A DNA stretch of 64,000 bases from Segatella copri (GTDB lineage: Bacteria > Bacteroidota > Bacteroidia > Bacteroidales > Bacteroidaceae), in contig JAJWAL010000001.1 of assembly GCA_021618535.1 (NCBI GenBank), positions 5,503-69,502 on the forward strand, in the 5' to 3' direction. The notes under the pieces are model-generated. The model saw nothing but the letters and a program-made list of their open reading frames with translations. It was not told the origin of the DNA and did no database searches. The position numbers were made by a program, and so were the translations under genes. Shown piece by piece: positions 61,574 through 64,000 of this stretch; the first letter of the stretch is position 1, and every line of letters begins with the position of its first letter.

Positions 61574-62794
61574 CTATAAAACTTTCATGATGTTCGAAGG
61601 TGGGCGCTGCGCCATGAGTTCCTGCTTCATATAATCCATGTAGGGCGCTACATGCTGATAATAATGGTAATAACCCGGACAGAGATAGTTGAGACCGGAA
61701 TCGCCATACTTATCTTTCATGAAGCGGTTCTTTGGGCATTCTCCATGACAGGCAAACTCCATGTCACACTCCTTGCACTGGCGGGGAAGAGAACTGTGTT
61801 TCAGACGGCTGAACTCCTGCTGCTGCTCACCATAAAGCATGTCGATGAGCGAATGGTCACGGATATTGCCCAACTTATACTCTGGAAAAACAAAGTGGTC
61901 GCAGGAATAAACGTCGCCATTGTGCTCCATCACTCCCGCATGACCGCATTCCTTGGAATAAGCACAGATGCCGGGAGAAATACCCATCCAGTTTGCCAGC
62001 GTGCAGTCGAAAATCTCAACGAAGATTTTGCCCACATCCTTCCGAACCCATTCATCGAAAATTGCACAGAGAAAGTAGCCCCACTGCTCCGGCGCAACCG
62101 ATGCCTCGCTCAGAGAAATCTCATCCTTGTCGGCAAGACTTGCCAGGGTACGGCCATCCTCATGTCGGGTCAGTCGCTCAACGATAGGTGTGAACTGCAG
62201 AAACTGACAGCCGTTTTCCTTGAAGAAACGGTAGAACTCCAGTGGATGATTGACATTATAGGCATTTACCACCGCCATCGCATTCCATTCCACCCCGTGT
62301 TTCTTCAGCAGTTTGATGCCTTGCATCACCTTCTTCCACGATGGTTTTCCCGCAGCCGTCAGCCGGTAATGGTCATGATCAGGCTGCGGACCATCGATAG
62401 AGATGCCTACCAGCCAATGGTTTTGGGCGAAAAACTCGCACCATTCATCGGTCAGCAACGTGCCGTTGGTCTGAATTACGTTGTCGATGCACCTGCCTCC
62501 AGCATACTTTTGCTGTAGGGATAAAGCCTTGCGGTAGAAGTCGATGGAGCGCAGCAGAGGCTCGCCACCATGCCAGGTGAAGAGCATCTGGTTCATGGTT
62601 TGCGCCTCAATATATTCTCTGGTAAACTGTTCCAGCATCTCATCGCTCATCAGATGTCGCTGAGCAGTGGGATAGAGCTTGTTCTTCTCCAGATAATAAC
62701 AGTATTTGCATGCCAAGTTGCAATGGGCACCCGCAGGCTTCAGCATTACATAGAGTGGCTTGGCAAAGGGATTTGCTATGTTGTCGTTCATCAT
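61574..62794 (-). CDS. Anaerobic sulfatase-maturating enzyme (radical SAM/SPASM)
   Basis: CNLACKYC, WHGGEP, GDVYSCDH, CKEC...CHGECP; downstream of a sulfatase. Confidence 0.94.
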   Translation of the reverse strand: MMNDNIANPFAKPLYVMLKPAGAHCNLACKYCYYLEKNKLYPTAQRHLMSDEMLEQFTREYIEAQTMNQMLFTWHGGEPLLRSIDFYRKALSLQQKYAGGRCIDNVIQTNGTLLTDEWCEFFAQNHWLVGISIDGPQPDHDHYRLTAAGKPSWKKVMQGIKLLKKHGVEWNAMAVVNAYNVNHPLEFYRFFKENGCQFLQFTPIVERLTRHEDGRTLASLADKDEISLSEASVAPEQWGYFLCAIFDEWVRKDVGKIFVEIFDCTLANWMGISPGICAYSKECGHAGVMEHNGDVYSCDHFVFPEYKLGNIRDHSLIDMLYGEQQQEFSRLKHSSLPRQCKECDMEFACHGECPKNRFMKDKYGDSGLNYLCPGYYHYYQHVAPYMDYMKQELMAQRPPSNIMKVL

Positions 62795-62840
62795 TTTTTC
62801 TTGAATCTAGTTGTAATTTCTCTGTAACCGGGAGAGAAAA

Positions 62841-64000
62841 TCAGAACTTTGGTAGCGTAATTTCGAAATCCTTGCTGTCTCTATGCTCCTTTCTGATGGC
62901 AGCCAGGAGTTCGGTAAGAATCTTAGGATGTTCTGCCGCCACATTATGGTCTTCGTGGATATCGGTAGCCAGATTATAGAGCCGGGGTTCGCCTTTTACT
63001 ACCACCAGTTTCCAGTCGCCCTTTCTCACACCAATCTGGTCGGTTTCGTGAAATTCCCAGTACAGGTAATCGTGATGTTTCTGCTCTGCATCCTTGCCCA
63101 GAAGGGTAGGAGCGATAGAGATTCCGTCGAAACCATCACCAGCCAACTTTCTGTTGGTATAACGCTTGGCAAAGTTTCTGATGCCAGCCAAATCGCAGAA
63201 AGTAGGCAGCAGGTCGTAAAAGGCAAACTGGGTATCGTTCACCGCTCCTGCCTTGATATGCTCAGGCCACCAGGCGATAAACGGTATGCGGATGCCGCCT
63301 TCGTAGCACTGGCGTTTCAGACCTTTCAACTTACCGTCGCGACCGAAGAACTCTGGATCAGCACCACCTTCTTCATGCGGCCCGTTATCTGAAGTAAAGA
63401 TGACAATGGTATTCCTGTCGAGTCCCTTCTCCTTCAGCTTGGCGAAGATTTCGCCCACATATTGGTCCAGTCGGGTAATCATTCCGGCAAACTGTGCGTG
63501 GGTATGAACCGCAGCGTTGTATCTCGAATCTTCCCATCCGCCCCAGGTTTTATCGGTAAAGAACTGTCTCTGGTAATTCTCCAGTATGGAGTCTTCCGGC
63601 TGGGCAAGTTCGGCATGCGGCAGGGTATAGGTAAGGAATCCTACGAAAGGATGTTCCTTGTCTTGACTGTCAATCCATTCCAGTGCCTTGTCGTGGATGA
63701 TGCGGGCAGAATACTGTTTGCGCTTGAAATAATCCTTGCCGAACATCGGATGCTGGATGTTCTGTTCCATAACCTCTCTTACCACCGCTGTATCTCCCAT
63801 TGCACGACTGTAGCGGTTCAGAAAGTTAGGATAATAAAGATGAGCCTGAAACTGGCAGATATAGCCATAGAATTCGTCCACGCCACGCTTGTCGGGAGTA
63901 GAAGCTGAACCTTCATATCCGCCAGCCCATTTCCCGAATACACCGGTTCTGTATCCTTTGTCCTTCATGATTTCGGGCAGAATCTTATGCTGCGGGTCGT
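62841..64000 (-). CDS. Arylsulfatase (S1 family), N-terminus outside window
   Basis: GYRTGVFGKW, LPHAEL, FTSDNG, KRQCYEGGIRIP; frame stays open to the window edge. Confidence 0.92.
   Translation of the reverse strand, partial: DPQHKILPEIMKDKGYRTGVFGKWAGGYEGSASTPDKRGVDEFYGYICQFQAHLYYPNFLNRYSRAMGDTAVVREVMEQNIQHPMFGKDYFKRKQYSARIIHDKALEWIDSQDKEHPFVGFLTYTLPHAELAQPEDSILENYQRQFFTDKTWGGWEDSRYNAAVHTHAQFAGMITRLDQYVGEIFAKLKEKGLDRNTIVIFTSDNGPHEEGGADPEFFGRDGKLKGLKRQCYEGGIRIPFIAWWPEHIKAGAVNDTQFAFYDLLPTFCDLAGIRNFAKRYTNRKLAGDGFDGISIAPTLLGKDAEQKHHDYLYWEFHETDQIGVRKGDWKLVVVKGEPRLYNLATDIHEDHNVAAEHPKILTELLAAIRKEHRDSKDFEITLPKF

Overview
Bacteroidota chromosome segment. Protein content and repeated TAnnTTTG (-7) promoter boxes suggest a gut Prevotella/Segatella (S. 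copri-like); this is inference, no search was run. 1-43.4 kb is mostly core genome: trkH-trkA-dxs, a C1B aminopeptidase, an ECF sigma/FecR/SusC/SusD/TlpA locus without CAZymes, a YhaM-like protein, ddh, ruvA-sprA (T9SS), nadB, dacB, MscS, mutY, rubrerythrin, NhaC, eno, a ZIP transporter, and a nitrogen cluster (GSIII, dapL, dapF / PII, amtB). About 43.4-57.2 kb is an accessory island: REP-like hairpins, 23-bp iterons, an XRE-ImmA/IrrE fusion, a small acidic ORF, a complete type II-C CRISPR-Cas9 locus (tracrRNA, cas9, cas1, cas2, 29 full 36-bp repeats, 29 spacers), a Zn-ribbon-RhuM gene, and a frameshifted BT4734/VirE plus DUF6078 module bracketed by ~105-bp imperfect inverted repeats. 57.3-64 kb holds a HAD hydrolase, DUF418, a mosaic of duplicated neighbouring gene ends, a small ORF, a dicarboxylate/amino-acid symporter, anSME and a partial sulfatase. 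Best leads: the inverted-repeat-bounded VirE module, the tandem two-allele interval between HAD and anSME, the regulator/small-protein pair converging on tracrRNA, a clamp-binding-like tail on Cas2, and a duplicated candidate ECF promoter. All alignments and counts were done by eye.
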